Below are positions 26,813 through 38,687 of a DNA stretch of 64,000 nucleotides, piece by piece (the stretch's first letter is position 1; each line of letters opens with the position of its first letter). A program made the translations under genes and the position numbers. Source of the DNA: Octopus vulgaris (taxonomy: Eukaryota); assembly GCA_951406725.2 (NCBI GenBank), contig OX597818.1, forward strand, positions 74,958,001-75,022,000. Direction: 5' to 3'. The notes under the pieces are model-generated. The model did no database searches, was not told the DNA's origin, and worked only from the letters and a program-made list of their open reading frames with translations.

Positions 26813-28630
26813 TAAAAAGAATTCCAACCTTGTCTGATTTTCACGTTTTATTTACAATCTTATAATGATATATTATAAGATAATATATTATAATTGAATA
26901 AAATAAAATGAAATAGTAGAATGTTAAATATTCATTCTGATTGAACTAGTACTTTCATGCATTGAATTCTGCAATCTTCGGGTTCATGTAGTAGTGTTGA
27001 CAGTCATGCTTCACAATTTTTGACTGTAGCAAGATGAGTGATTCTGTGCTATAAATACAGCTGGGTAGGCTCCAGAGTGCTAGGTTTTGCAAACTGTATT
27101 CTGACCAATCAGTGTGTAGTATCACTCAATTACTTAAGCTGATTGGTTGGTTGAGCTGATTGGTTTAGGCATCACGCTTTGTTGGACAGGTCAAGAGTCC
27201 TGTATCTTGACCCTGGCCGAAGCAGCAATTGTTGGGTTATTTTTAGAAATGTTGTAAATATCCTTTGTCAGAGATTTTTATATTTTTATATTTCAATTGT
27301 CATCATCATCATTGTCAGCACCTTAATTATTGTTGCTAGTGGTGATGGTGGTGGCAATAGAACTTTTAACCCTAAATAAGATAATTTTCCTGCTATCTTC
27401 GTCTTGATCACCTTTAGTATTGTTGTTGTTGTTAGTGGTCATGGTCGTAGCAGTGGAAGTAATACCTCTAAGTATTATTATTATTGCTTATTTAGCTTGG
27501 GTTTGAATTTATCAATAAAATTCTTTTCTCTGATTTTCCTCTCGATTTCACTTGGGCTGTGTAATTTGTAGAATGGAAATATTATATATATTTTCCGACC
27601 ACATGTTGCTAGGTGGTTACTCAAAGGTATCTGACGGACCTCTGGGTCTCTAATCTGTTGCCGGTGTACACGTGAGCGTTCTAATAGTGCGTTTTTGTGT
27701 TTATATATTGACCGGTATGTATGAATTGGCATGTGCCACATCGGCTATCATTGCATTTAGATACCGTGAATGTTTGGTCTTTGTTGCTGAGGTCAAATTT
27801 TGCCTTTGTTAGTAATGTTTTCAAGTTTTTAGGCTGTCTTTTACTAAGTACCATAGCTCGATCCTTGATTATGTCTTTTAATTCATTACTTTGGGCAATG
27901 ATTGGTAGGTTTGCTTTGGCAATGTTGAAGATATTCTGGTGACATGGGTTGTGTGTCACTATGAATGGTATGACTTGTTCTTGTTTTCCTCTTCCTTGGG
28001 TTGTCCTAAGTTGTTGTATAGGTATTTTTATAGCCCGCTGTATGCCATTTTCTATAAGTAGAGATGGTTAAAAGTTCTATTGCCACCACCATCACCACTA
28101 GCAACAATAATTAAGGTGCTGACAATGATGATGATGACAATTGAAATATAAAAATATAAAAATCTCTGACAAAGGATATTTACAACATTTCTAAAAATAA
28201 CCCAACAATTGCTGCTTCGGCCAGGGTCAAGATACAGGACTCTTGACCTGTCCAACAAAGCGTGATGCCTAAACCAATCAGCTCAACCAACCAATCAGCT
28301 TAAGTAATTGAGTGATACTACACACTGATTGGTCAGAATACAGTTTGCAAAACCTAGCACTCTGGAGCCTACCCAGCTGTATTTATAGCACAGAATCACT
28401 CATCTTGCTACAGTCAAAAATTGTGAAGCATGACTGTCAACACTACTACATGAACCCGAAGATTGCAGAATTCAATGCATGAAAGTACTAGTTCAATCAG
28501 AATGAATATTTAACATTCTACTATTTCATTTTATTTTATTCAATTATAATATATTATCTTATAATATATCATTATAAGATTGTAAATAAAACGTGAAAAT
28601 CAGACAAGGTTGGAATTCTTTTTATTAATA
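26809..28630 (-). mobile_element. 5'-truncated Neptune-type PLE with ~563 bp inverted terminal repeats
   Basis: 26809-27371 is the reverse complement of 28066-28628. The internal minus-strand ORF remnant IPFIVTHNP...RQPKNLKTLL...KCNDSRCGTC...HRQQI...NHL...REKNFIDKFKPKLN is the linker plus C-terminal endonuclease region. Confidence 0.9.
28451..28495 (+). ncRNA. Type I hammerhead, U4C variant (mirror copy at 26942-26986, minus strand)
   Basis: TGAAC-CCGAAGA-tTGCA gaattcaa TGCAt-GAAA gtac TA-GTTCA. Confidence 0.75.
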
Positions 28631-28657
28631 TATTCTTCTATACACAATCACACACAC

Positions 28658-28765
<108 letters not shown>

Positions 28766-28772
28766 GTGTATT

Positions 28773-28915
28773 AAGGCGGCGAGAGCTGGCAGAAACGTTA
28801 GCGGCGGGCGAAATGCTTAGCGGTACTTCGTCTGTCATTACATTCTGAGTTCAAATTCCACCGAGTTCGACTTTGCTTTCATTTTTCGGGGTCGAGAAAT
28901 AAAGTACCAGTTTCT
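28773..28915 (+). mobile_element. SINE family B
   Basis: Standard head and B box. Confidence 0.8.
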
Positions 28916-28916
28916 C

Positions 28917-28962
<46 letters not shown>

Positions 28963-29059
28963 CGTATGTATATACATATATATATATATATATATATACA
29001 CGTGTGTATATATAGATATATACACACATATGTATATAAGTTATATATGTGTATATAAT

Positions 29060-30800
29060 TTATCCGTTAGGATTGCCCTCTAAGCGTTACCCACCAACCA
29101 TTCTGCTGGTCCTTAGGCTGTATTTTATTCGTTTGTTCTTGATTAAGCTCTGCGACTATTTCCTCACTGTTTTCAGAGTTGGGCCTCATTTTACATTGAG
29201 GTAGCTACCATCACTTATAAGACTTGCAAATTTTTCAGATTAGTCAGATTTGTTCATCACCGCTGTAGCATTGCTCTTGTCCGCTGGAAGTATTATGAGG
29301 GAATTGTCACTGTAGTCTTTTGATAGCGAAATTTTCTTCCTTGGGGATGTGTGGTTTGAGAAGTTTCGCTTTCTCGAACACCTGTCTCACTTTCCACATT
29401 AGTTCATCACCCTGAGATTTTGGTATCTTTATGGATATCTCTTCAATAGTGACTATAATGTCCAAGTATGGAATGCACTAGATGGTTGTCGCAAAGTTGA
29501 GACCTTTGTTTAGTGCTGCTTTTTCAAAGATTTCCAGATGTCGGCTACTTACGGTAATTAATTCTTTCACAGGTAGGTGACGGAATTTGGTCTTCGTTCC
29601 CTGACCTTTGAGCTTCATAAACTTAATCTGGCGTATCTTCACCTTCTCAAATGCTTTCATGTACGACTTTTCCAGATCTTGTTGGATTATCTTTCTATCA
29701 TCATCTCTGGTTATTCTCCCAAGTAATGAAGATAACATTCTCTGATTTCGTTATTTAGTTGATGTTTTTTCCAACAGTTATAATGGATCCTCACGGACGA
29801 GGGTGTGCCTTGCCCTTTCCGCTACATTTCGAGCTTTATTTGAATCGACTGGTGTCATTACTTTAAAGCCAGGGGGTATTAACTTCGAGTCTCTACATCT
29901 AGATAGGAAGGTTTGATGGTTTGAAAGAGGAGCTAGTTTCTTATAAAGTTTCTCTGTATGTATCAATTGAAGCCTAATGTCGGCTCCGTACCGATTAGAT
30001 AATACTTTTCTATATTTTAGAGATGGGATTTCTGTACATTATTTACATTGGACATATATGGGTCCTAATCTTGTTTGTTGTTACCACAACATACCTGGAT
30101 GTATTAATAACACGCACTAAGCATGGGTTCAGGACATCCCTATACCGCAAGCCAAACTTCACTTGACGATACCTCAGCTTCAATTCCTATCATCCATACA
30201 GTTAAAAAGAAGAATTGCTCAGTGCCTAAAACATTGAGCAAAGAATATAAGTAGCGATTCCGATTCACACCACGAAGAAATGATCAAGCTAAGTATCAAT
30301 CTATTAATCAACAACTATCCACTCCAATTAGAAAGAGGAGTGGGGATGAAACCTATAAACTGACCACAGTCTGGCTGCCTCATGTAAAAGGCCTCTCAGA
30401 GGAGATACAGAATATATGCGGTCCATAAGACATCAGAACAGTATTCAAGAGCAATACAACATTTTGCAAATATCTCCTTCGTGTAAAACCACCAATAGAA
30501 GAGAATATAACCAAATACGGCGTGTGCTTCATCCCATGCAGTTGTGGTAGTTTATACAAGGGCAAAACATGCCGCTCATTCAAAATAAGGGTTAGTGCAG
30601 ATATGATAAGAATATGGGAACCGGTATTAACAAAGATACAAAAGTATTGGCTTTAGAAGCCCTTAAATTCACTCTATTATTGCCCACGGGCAGTTATAGA
30701 GTTAAATTCCTTGCAGCGCCTTGAATAAATCAATTGCAATAATAGCAGTAACCATCAGCAAAAAAAATACCATACGAATGAGAACCCAGGTTTAGGATTA
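29060..30800. mobile_element. Rearranged Poseidon/Penelope-type PLE (5' ORF part on minus, 3' part on plus)
   Basis: 29200-30090 aligns with 40240-41110 in the same orientation. 30095-30790 encodes thumb/GIY-YIG remnants on the plus strand, matching the reverse complement of 38570-39490. Confidence 0.85.
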
Positions 30801-30928
30801 AAATTCCGCTAGGATTGTATGTATGTATGTGTGTGTCTGTATGTATGTATGTATGTATGTATGTACGTACGTATGTATGTATGTATGTATGTATGTATGT
30901 ATGTATGTATGTATGTATGCGTGTATGC

Positions 30929-30995
<67 letters not shown>

Positions 30996-31339
30996 CATAC
31001 ATACGTTTAACACGTTTTCGTTTATATTGTCACAGTTTCTCAATGTGTCAATTCGAATTTTGAACGTGACTTGAATTATTAAAAAACTAGTGTCACCCAT
31101 CATATGACAGTCCTTGTTTGTCCTCTCTGTGTTCAGCCCCTTGTGGGTAGTAAAGAAATAGGTATTTGGACTGTCGCCACATCAAATTCCGCCGAGGTTG
31201 ACTTTGCCTTTCATCCTTTCAATCCGTTTGTCTGTCCTTGTTTGTCCCCTCTGTGTTTAGCACCTTGTGGTCAATAAAGAAATAAGAAAGGTTTATTCAC
31301 AGTCAATTCATGTTTTCCTTTTTGAGATTCCACTGAATG

Positions 31340-31563
31340 GTGCAGGCATAGGTGAGTGGTAAGAAGCTTGCTTCCCAACTACATGGTTCCGAGTTCAGTC
31401 CTACTACATGGCACCTTGGGCAGGTGTCTTCTATTACAGCTCCGGGCCGACTAAAGCCTTGTGAGTGTATTTGGTAGATGGAAACTGAAAGAAGCTCATC
31501 GTATATGTACGCGTATATATATATATCGAATACAGACATACAAACACACACACACACACACAT

Positions 31564-31620
<57 letters not shown>

Positions 31621-31920
31621 CGACGGGCTTCTTTCAGTTTCCGTCCACCAAATCCACTCACAAGCCTGTCGTATATATGTATATAAATGTATGTGTGTGT
31701 ATATGTTTATGTATCTGTGGTTGTCCTCCCAACACCGCTTGACAACTGATGCTGGTGTGTTCACGCCCCCGTAACCTAGCGGTTCGGCAAAAGAGACCGA
31801 TAGAATAAGTACTAGGCTTACAATAATAAGTCCTGGGGTTGATTTGCTCGACTAAAGGTGGTGGTCCAGCATGGCCACAGTCAAATGACTGAAACAAGTA
31901 AAAGGGTAAAGAGTAAAGAG
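31340..31920 (+). mobile_element. SINE family A with an internal inverted segment
   Basis: Full head and tail present; 31616-31668 is the reverse complement of 31455-31505. Confidence 0.85.
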
Positions 31921-31942
31921 TATATATATATATATATATATA

Positions 31943-32790
31943 GTAGCAGAATTGCCCGGCGTTGCTCGGGGCTGAATTGCTTGAAAGTACTGTTAATGAT
32001 TGCACTGAATTATGATGATTATTCAGGCAAATATTGAAATAAGCTTACGGTGGGAGATAAGGACTTAACGCCAAACGTGTGCCATTGCATTGTTTTGGGG
32101 GAACCAAATTTCTGATGAGCATTATAGGGGCACTAACTTTAAGTTTGAGAAAGTGTGGTGGTAGTCCGGGGTGCTCAAAGGAATTGAGTACCTCTATTGG
32201 ATAGTTGATGACGTCCTCTGGGTCAGGAGTTGTATCGATAGACTGATATACATCGACTTCCCCAGGAATGAGTTTTAGCATTTCATCATTAATATGGTGA
32301 ACAGTTTTATTCCTCGGGGCCAGTATAGCCTTTTTGCCAATCCAATCCATATTCTGATAATTAGCTTGTAAATCTGGGAATACTGCATCTCTGAGATCAG
32401 AAGGCGTCTTAACAATGGTACAAATGGAATCGATGGCAATATTACCATTTTCATCCCCTGGTATTTTGCCTTCGCCAAGTGCAAGGAGAGTGTGAGGAAA
32501 TGCTGGTGATGTGATATTACGTCGCATATGAGCACGCATATTGGTGTGAAGTTTGAGAGTTACTTCCGTTTATTTTAAAAAATATGCATTAAAATGGAAA
32601 AAAATGATGGTAAATTATTTGTAAAATCATAGACTCATCGTAGACGCGCGCTAATACCCAGAAGGGCTCGATATGAATCACGACTATAAGATACCCGGTT
32701 TTGGTTAAACTGCATCGCAAAATGTGGGAGTAGTTAGGAATCTAAATCGGAGTAGACAGACACACAACCTTTCTTTTATATATAAATACA
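31943..32790 (-). mobile_element. Non-autonomous Helitron carrying a PIF1-family helicase fragment
   Basis: ORF 32045-32539 KAILAPRN...YPIEVLNSFEHPGLPPHFLKLKVSAPIMLIRNL...CNGTRL. 3' hairpin CCCGAGCAACGCCGGG is followed by CTAC (variant of CTRR). Confidence 0.9.
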
Positions 32791-33947
32791 TACATACACA
32801 CACACATACATACACACACACACACACACATACATGCATACATACATATACACATAAACCGAGTAAAAAATTTCAGTTATCTCTCTCTTTCACACATTAC
32901 TCTCTCTGTCTCTTCACACACACTAACAGAAGCACTTCACTTACACAACATACTGTCTGTCTCCCACACTCCATCAAACACACACACACACACATGTACA
33001 TCAATGAGTCCCATGCACGGTAACTTCAAAGGAACTTCCCTCGTCATACAATCGCTTTCTCTTAGTCTCTTTCGCTCTCATTACTTATGTAAAAAAATAA
33101 AAGTTTTTTCTATGTGTGTAAAGAGGAAGTGGGAGGCAGAGTGAAAGAATCACTCACTACAGTAAGTGAATTACTTTCATTTTATTCCTTGCCCACTGTG
33201 TGTGTGCGTTTGCGTGTGGTGTAAACCAGACTAAGAAAAGCATTTGACACACACACCAGAATGTGAGTTTTCTGTAAATTTTGCTTAATTGAAGTTTAAA
33301 TTTTAAAAACTGGACCTGGCATGACGCGATGCATTGTACTCTTAAAACTGCTTGGTAAATTGTAATTGAAGAAATCCTATATTGTAGATTTGTATAACTC
33401 CCAAAGGGAGGCAGATAAAATCTGCCTTTTATAATAAGAGATATATATATATGAAAAAACAAGTCAAAAATAGAAAATGCTAAGATAATTTTATAGTGAA
33501 TCTTTCAGTACCGGTTTCGGTCATTTTGAGACCTTTTCAACTGTAACGATTAAATAATTAAATTTAGAAAAATTAGAAGAAAAGTTTTTTTAAAAGAATA
33601 TTTCTGTAGTAGTGTTCAGATATAAGTAGCATTCTGCCTTTCTCTGACTCCCTTGTTTGCACTTGTGTGTTCGAGGTCGTTTTGAGTTCTTGGTAGGATA
33701 GGTGAAGAATAAGGAGGCTGATGTAGAGAGGGGGTGGGGAAATCTGGGAATGCCTTAATGGTCGTATTTTGAATGGTCAGTGGCTGACAGTAGTCGCAGT
33801 TCAATTCAGGAATTGTTTATGGAATTTGCGTAGGCGTTATACTGAAAGACATTAGTGACAAGGTTAAGGGGTGGAAGAAGGTGGAGAAGTAGAAGAAGAA
33901 GAAGATGACGATGTTGATGATGATGATGATGAAGAAGAAGAAGATCC

Positions 33948-34418
33948 ATGAAAAGTCTCCTAACACAAGCCCGAATTCACTCTTCAACACAGAAGCCGAC
34001 AGTAAAAAAATGTGGAAGACCCAATTGCGGGATATGCGACTATCTAATTGAGGGATCAGAGTTCTCCTTCAAACAGGGACAACGGTTTACAGTGAAAAGC
34101 AACTTCACATGTGCTTCGGAGAACCTAATATACTCACTAACCTGCTCCGGGTGTCAAGAGCAGTACATAGGCCAAACAAAAAATGGTTTGCGTAAACGAA
34201 TGGCCCTGCACAGATCCCAGATAAAAATTCCCCAAAACAGAAAAATAGCTTTTAGCCAACACATAGATACTTGCGCCAACAAAAAAACACCAAACTTCAG
34301 AATTTTCCCCCTCTACCAATTTAGGGACGATACAACCTCGAGACAACGAATAAGTAAAGAAAATCTCTTTATTACAAAATACAAGCCACTTCTTAACGGG
34401 TCTACGACAAACGATTAA
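33948..34418 (+). CDS. PLE GIY-YIG endonuclease domain (uninterrupted C-terminal fragment of the PLE ORF)
   Basis: KCGRPNCGIC...NLIYSLTCSGCQEQYIGQTKNGLRKRMALH...QH...KENLFITKYKPLLN. Confidence 0.85.
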   Translation: MKSLLTQARIHSSTQKPTVKKCGRPNCGICDYLIEGSEFSFKQGQRFTVKSNFTCASENLIYSLTCSGCQEQYIGQTKNGLRKRMALHRSQIKIPQNRKIAFSQHIDTCANKKTPNFRIFPLYQFRDDTTSRQRISKENLFITKYKPLLNGSTTND

Positions 34419-35041
34419 TATAGCTCAGCTTTAGAATAAAAGAAATAGATACACACACAAATATTACACTCCATAGAATCCATTACTAATCAGCCCCATC
34501 ACAGCTATACTTACACCCATTCATATTCTCCCTTCTTTGTTTTTTTCTTCTTCTTCTTCCTCTTCTTCTTCATCATCATCATTATCATCATCATCGTCGT
34601 CATCATCATCACCACCATCATCACCACCATCTTCTCCTTCTCCTTCTTCTTCTTCTTCTTCATCATCATCTTCATCAACATCGTCATCTTCTTCTTCTAC
34701 TTCTCCACCTTCCACCCCTTAACCTTGTCACTAATGTCTTTCAGTATAACGCCTACGCAAATTCCATAAACAATTCCTGAATTGAACTGCGACTACTGTC
34801 AGCCACTGACCATTCAAAATACGACCATTAAGGCATTCCCAGATTTCCCCACCCCTCTCCACATCAGCCTCCTTATTCTTCACCTATCCTACCAAGAACT
34901 CAAAACGACCTCGAACACACAAGTGCAAACAAGGGAGTCAGAGAAAGGCAGAATGCTACTTACATCTGAACACTACTACAGAAATATTCTTTTAAAAAAA
35001 CTTTTCTTCTAATTTTTCTAAATTTAATTATTTAATCGTTA

Positions 35042-35079
35042 CAGTTGAAAAGGTCTCAAAATGACCGAAACCGGTACTG
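35042..35079 (+). ncRNA. Type I hammerhead, U3-A8 core variant (mirror copy at 33506-33543, minus strand)
   Basis: CAG-TTGAAAA-GGTC tcaaaat GACC-GAAA ccgg TA-CTG. Confidence 0.7.
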
Positions 35080-35162
35080 AAAGATTCACTATAAAATTAT
35101 CTTAGCATTTTCTATTTTTGACTTGTTTTTTCATATATATCAACTCGTGTGTTCCTTTCCAC

Positions 35163-35235
<73 letters not shown>

Positions 35236-35752
35236 AAAGAAAATTGAGAAGTTGACCTGCAAACATCGGTTTGCAATACCATTATGTGGTAATTAACTAG
35301 AAATTTCTTTTGCTGTATTCATTATGTTAACAAACACATGCACAACTACTTGACGAATGATACCTTCCCTACTCTCTCCCTCTCTCTACCCATCTTTCTC
35401 TCTCACTCGCTTTAATCTCTCTCGTTTTCCCTATTACATCATTTTCACACTAACTACCACACCAGCCCACAATAAAAACCATAATGTATTACATACGCAC
35501 TTGCTCAAACATATCAAACGTATTTGTTTATATGTATGAAAATAACGGATATTTTTTTAAAACGCACACATTCTAAAGCGCACACATCTAAGTCTGTCGC
35601 AGGTCAACCAACACGTTGAAATGTAACTCCTTTTAAATTAATTTAATTTCTATAATTGAACTAATTGGATATGGAAACGAGTGTAGGATTGGAGTGTCAA
35701 TTTGTCATTTTCTTCTTTTTCGCATTCATAAATATTTTAAATACATACATAC

Positions 35753-35808
<56 letters not shown>

Positions 35809-35909
35809 ATGCAAAAAATACCTATATATCTCAACGAAAACTTAGTTTTCACTGAACACTGGTATAAACCGGAGAACTAGGATGCTAGCATCCCTTAAAG
35901 GATACAATT

Positions 35910-36115
35910 GTGTGTGTGTGTGCGTGTCTAAGTCTGTCCCCCGTACCATCGCTTGACAACTGATGCTAGTGCGTTTACGTCCCCGTAACTTAGCGGTTGG
36001 GCAAAAAGATTCCGACAGAATAAGTACTACGCTTACGAAGAATAAGTCCTGGAGTCATTTTCTTTGGCTAAACACTTCCAACATGGAGCAGTCAAATATC
36101 TGAAACATGTATAAG
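35910..36115 (+). mobile_element. SINE family A, 3' half
   Basis: CATCGCTTGACAACTGATGCT...CCCCGTAACTTAGCGGTT...AATAAGTCCTGGAGTC. Confidence 0.75.
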
Positions 36116-36864
36116 ATAAAATACCTTAATACATTGATATAGAAACACCTGGTTCACCTTTACTTAGAGGATGCATTTAACTAACCGATCCAAGCAGAAT
36201 CAATAATAAGTATACGAAAATGCATTGATTAGCTGTTTGTAAATTAATAATAACAAAGTTGGTAACGACCAAAGGTTTTCTTTCATTTACAATCGCACTT
36301 TACTCTTAAGCGTAACATCTTTAATAAAGATACACACGCAATTTAATCCGACACAGCAATTAAAATGCAATTAGTAACACTTTAGCAGTGTACTTCAATA
36401 AATCTACACCTTGTCATTATCAACTTTTCAAAAAGAAAAGGTGTTTATTAGTAACTAACTGTAAGGTTTAATTGTGACACGTTTTAGCCTAATTAATAAA
36501 TCTACACGCAAAGATATTTCTTATTTTATGTAGCGAGCTCTGGGTCTGTAATGGTGGAATGCATTTAAATTGAGATAGGGAAATTAATTATGTTCAAGTA
36601 ATATGTATCGTTCGGTCGGTTTCGATTAAGATAAGTACGATTATAATAAATATAATTATGAGATAATTATATTTATACTTACAATTAATACTTACAGATT
36701 ATCCTCAGTATGCATTTGAAATGAGAACTCGATCTTAATATGTGTGAGTGTGAAAACACACAAACTGATACATAGATACACACACATGTATATCTATACA
36801 TACATACATACATACATACATACATACACACACATACATACATACATACATACATCATACATAC

Positions 36865-36935
<71 letters not shown>

Positions 36936-37529
36936 TATAAATTTCAAGTTAGACTGGTTCATACTGTCTGTATCCTTTCCTTTCGATAAGGGCAGGAGAT
37001 TTTATAACATTTGCAACTCTGAACTCTTCCATATTCTTTTCTCTAAAGTTCCCCTTTTAAACACACTCATAGAAAAATCATACAAAAGTAAACACGGGCA
37101 GAAACATACTTTCTACTCATATAAATGATAACGATAGTCACTGTGGTTTGAACAATTAGCTTAACGTGCACTCCACTTCAATAGCGAAATTCTTTCCTAA
37201 GCCTTCGAACATTCTTTCAATCAACGTACCCTTCCCTCTCCACTTGTTCCCTACCTATTATTCCTTTAACCCTTCTCTTCCTACTATCTATCTTTGACGT
37301 CAATTCTTCCAACGGTTTTTTTAAAAACACTCATTATCGTTTTGTTTACCATGTAGGCAGTCATCAACATTTTTGTCCGTCTTGTTGTCGAGAGAGGCTC
37401 CCTTTCTTTCCTGATAAGAAGATTGCATAATGCACCCTTTATTCCTTTGGAATGAAACCATGTTGTCTTCGAAACGTATGTCGAGAGTAAAGGAATTTTG
37501 TTAACATCTTCGTTCGACTCCATTCTTCC

Positions 37530-37612
<83 letters not shown>

Positions 37613-37846
37613 GTATGTATGTATGTATATATATATAGATAGATAGATATGTATGTATCTGTGTGTGTGAGTATGTGAGTTTGTATACATACATTTATGT
37701 GTACATATATATAAATAAATATATATACCTATATATATCGAGGTTATGAGAGATAATGGTGTCAAGAAGTGTATATATATGTATAGATAGATAGATTGAT
37801 AGAGATATATAGATATATATACGTGTGTGTATGTGTATGCATGTGA

Positions 37847-37905
<59 letters not shown>

Positions 37906-37980
37906 AAGATAGTTACAGTTCGGCTATGACTTACCTAGCTGAATCTTCGAAGTTTTTGTCTTAATAATATTCTTGTAATA

Positions 37981-38385
37981 AGGCGACGAGCTGGCAGAAA
38001 CGTTTGCACGCCGGGCGAAATGCTTAGCGGTATTTCGTCTGCCGCTACGTTCTGAATACAAATTCCGTCGAGGTCGACTTTGCCTTTCATCCTTTCGGGG
38101 TCGATTAAATAAGTACCACTTACGCACTGGGGTCGATATAATCGACTTAATCCGTTTGTCTGTCCTTGTTTAGCCTCTCTGTGTTTAGCACCTTGTGGGT
38201 AGTAAAGAAATAGGTATTTTGTCTGTCTTTACGTTGTGAGTTCAAATTCCTCCGAAGTGGTCTTCGCCTTTCATCCTTTCGAGGTCGATAAATAAAGTAC
38301 CAGTTACGTACTAGGGTGGATCTAATCGACTGGCCCTCTGCCAATAAATTTCGGGCCTTGTGCCTAGAGTAGAAAAGAATATTCT
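37981..38385 (+). mobile_element. SINE family B dimer
   Basis: Two consecutive bodies with alternative 3' modules. Confidence 0.85.
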
Positions 38386-38511
38386 TGTAAAGAATAATGA
38401 ATTTATATTGATTAACCCTTCCGTTTAATAAAAAAGGGAGATATTTTAAAACAAACACTACACTTATATAATTTACATTCGACGGATATTTGACTTCATA
38501 TTATTTGTTGT

Positions 38512-38557
38512 TAACCAACGTTTCGGCTGATATACCTTCCAGCCTTCTTCAGGCGTC
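38512..38557 (-). ncRNA. Hammerhead motif in the PLE terminal repeat (mirror copy at 41159-41204, plus strand, GAAA mutated to GAAG)
   Basis: CTGAAGA-A-GGCTG gaaggtatat CAGCC-GAAAC-GTT; stem I imperfect. Confidence 0.6.
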
Positions 38558-38620
38558 TTGGGGAAATGTCAAACCTGGGTTCTCATTCCTAAGGTATTTT
38601 TCGATTATTAATAATATTAT

Positions 38621-38687
38621 TGCTTGGAATCGAACTAGGAATCTTGGGGTTAGTAGACCGGGCTCTTAACCACTACGCCATATGCCC
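38621..38687 (-). promoter_or_regulatory. tRNA-like sequence (Pol III A and B boxes) inside the PLE 3' region
   Basis: GGGCATA-TGGCGTAGTGG-TTAAGAGCCCGGTCTACTAACCCCAAGATTCCTA-GTTCGATTCC-AAGCA. Confidence 0.7.

Larger units (their letters stand above)
33451..35166 (+). mobile_element. 5'-truncated Neptune-type PLE with ~490 bp inverted repeats, 26 bp tail, then (TA)n
   Basis: 33451-33944 is the reverse complement of about 34645-35134. Confidence 0.9.

Noticed and set aside
34521-34722. Acidic and poly-Ser ORFs
   Set aside because: Trinucleotide repeats in the PLE 3' region
38621-38687. Possible functional tRNA gene
   Set aside because: Acceptor, anticodon and T stems do not pair properly; kept only as a tRNA-derived promoter-like sequence
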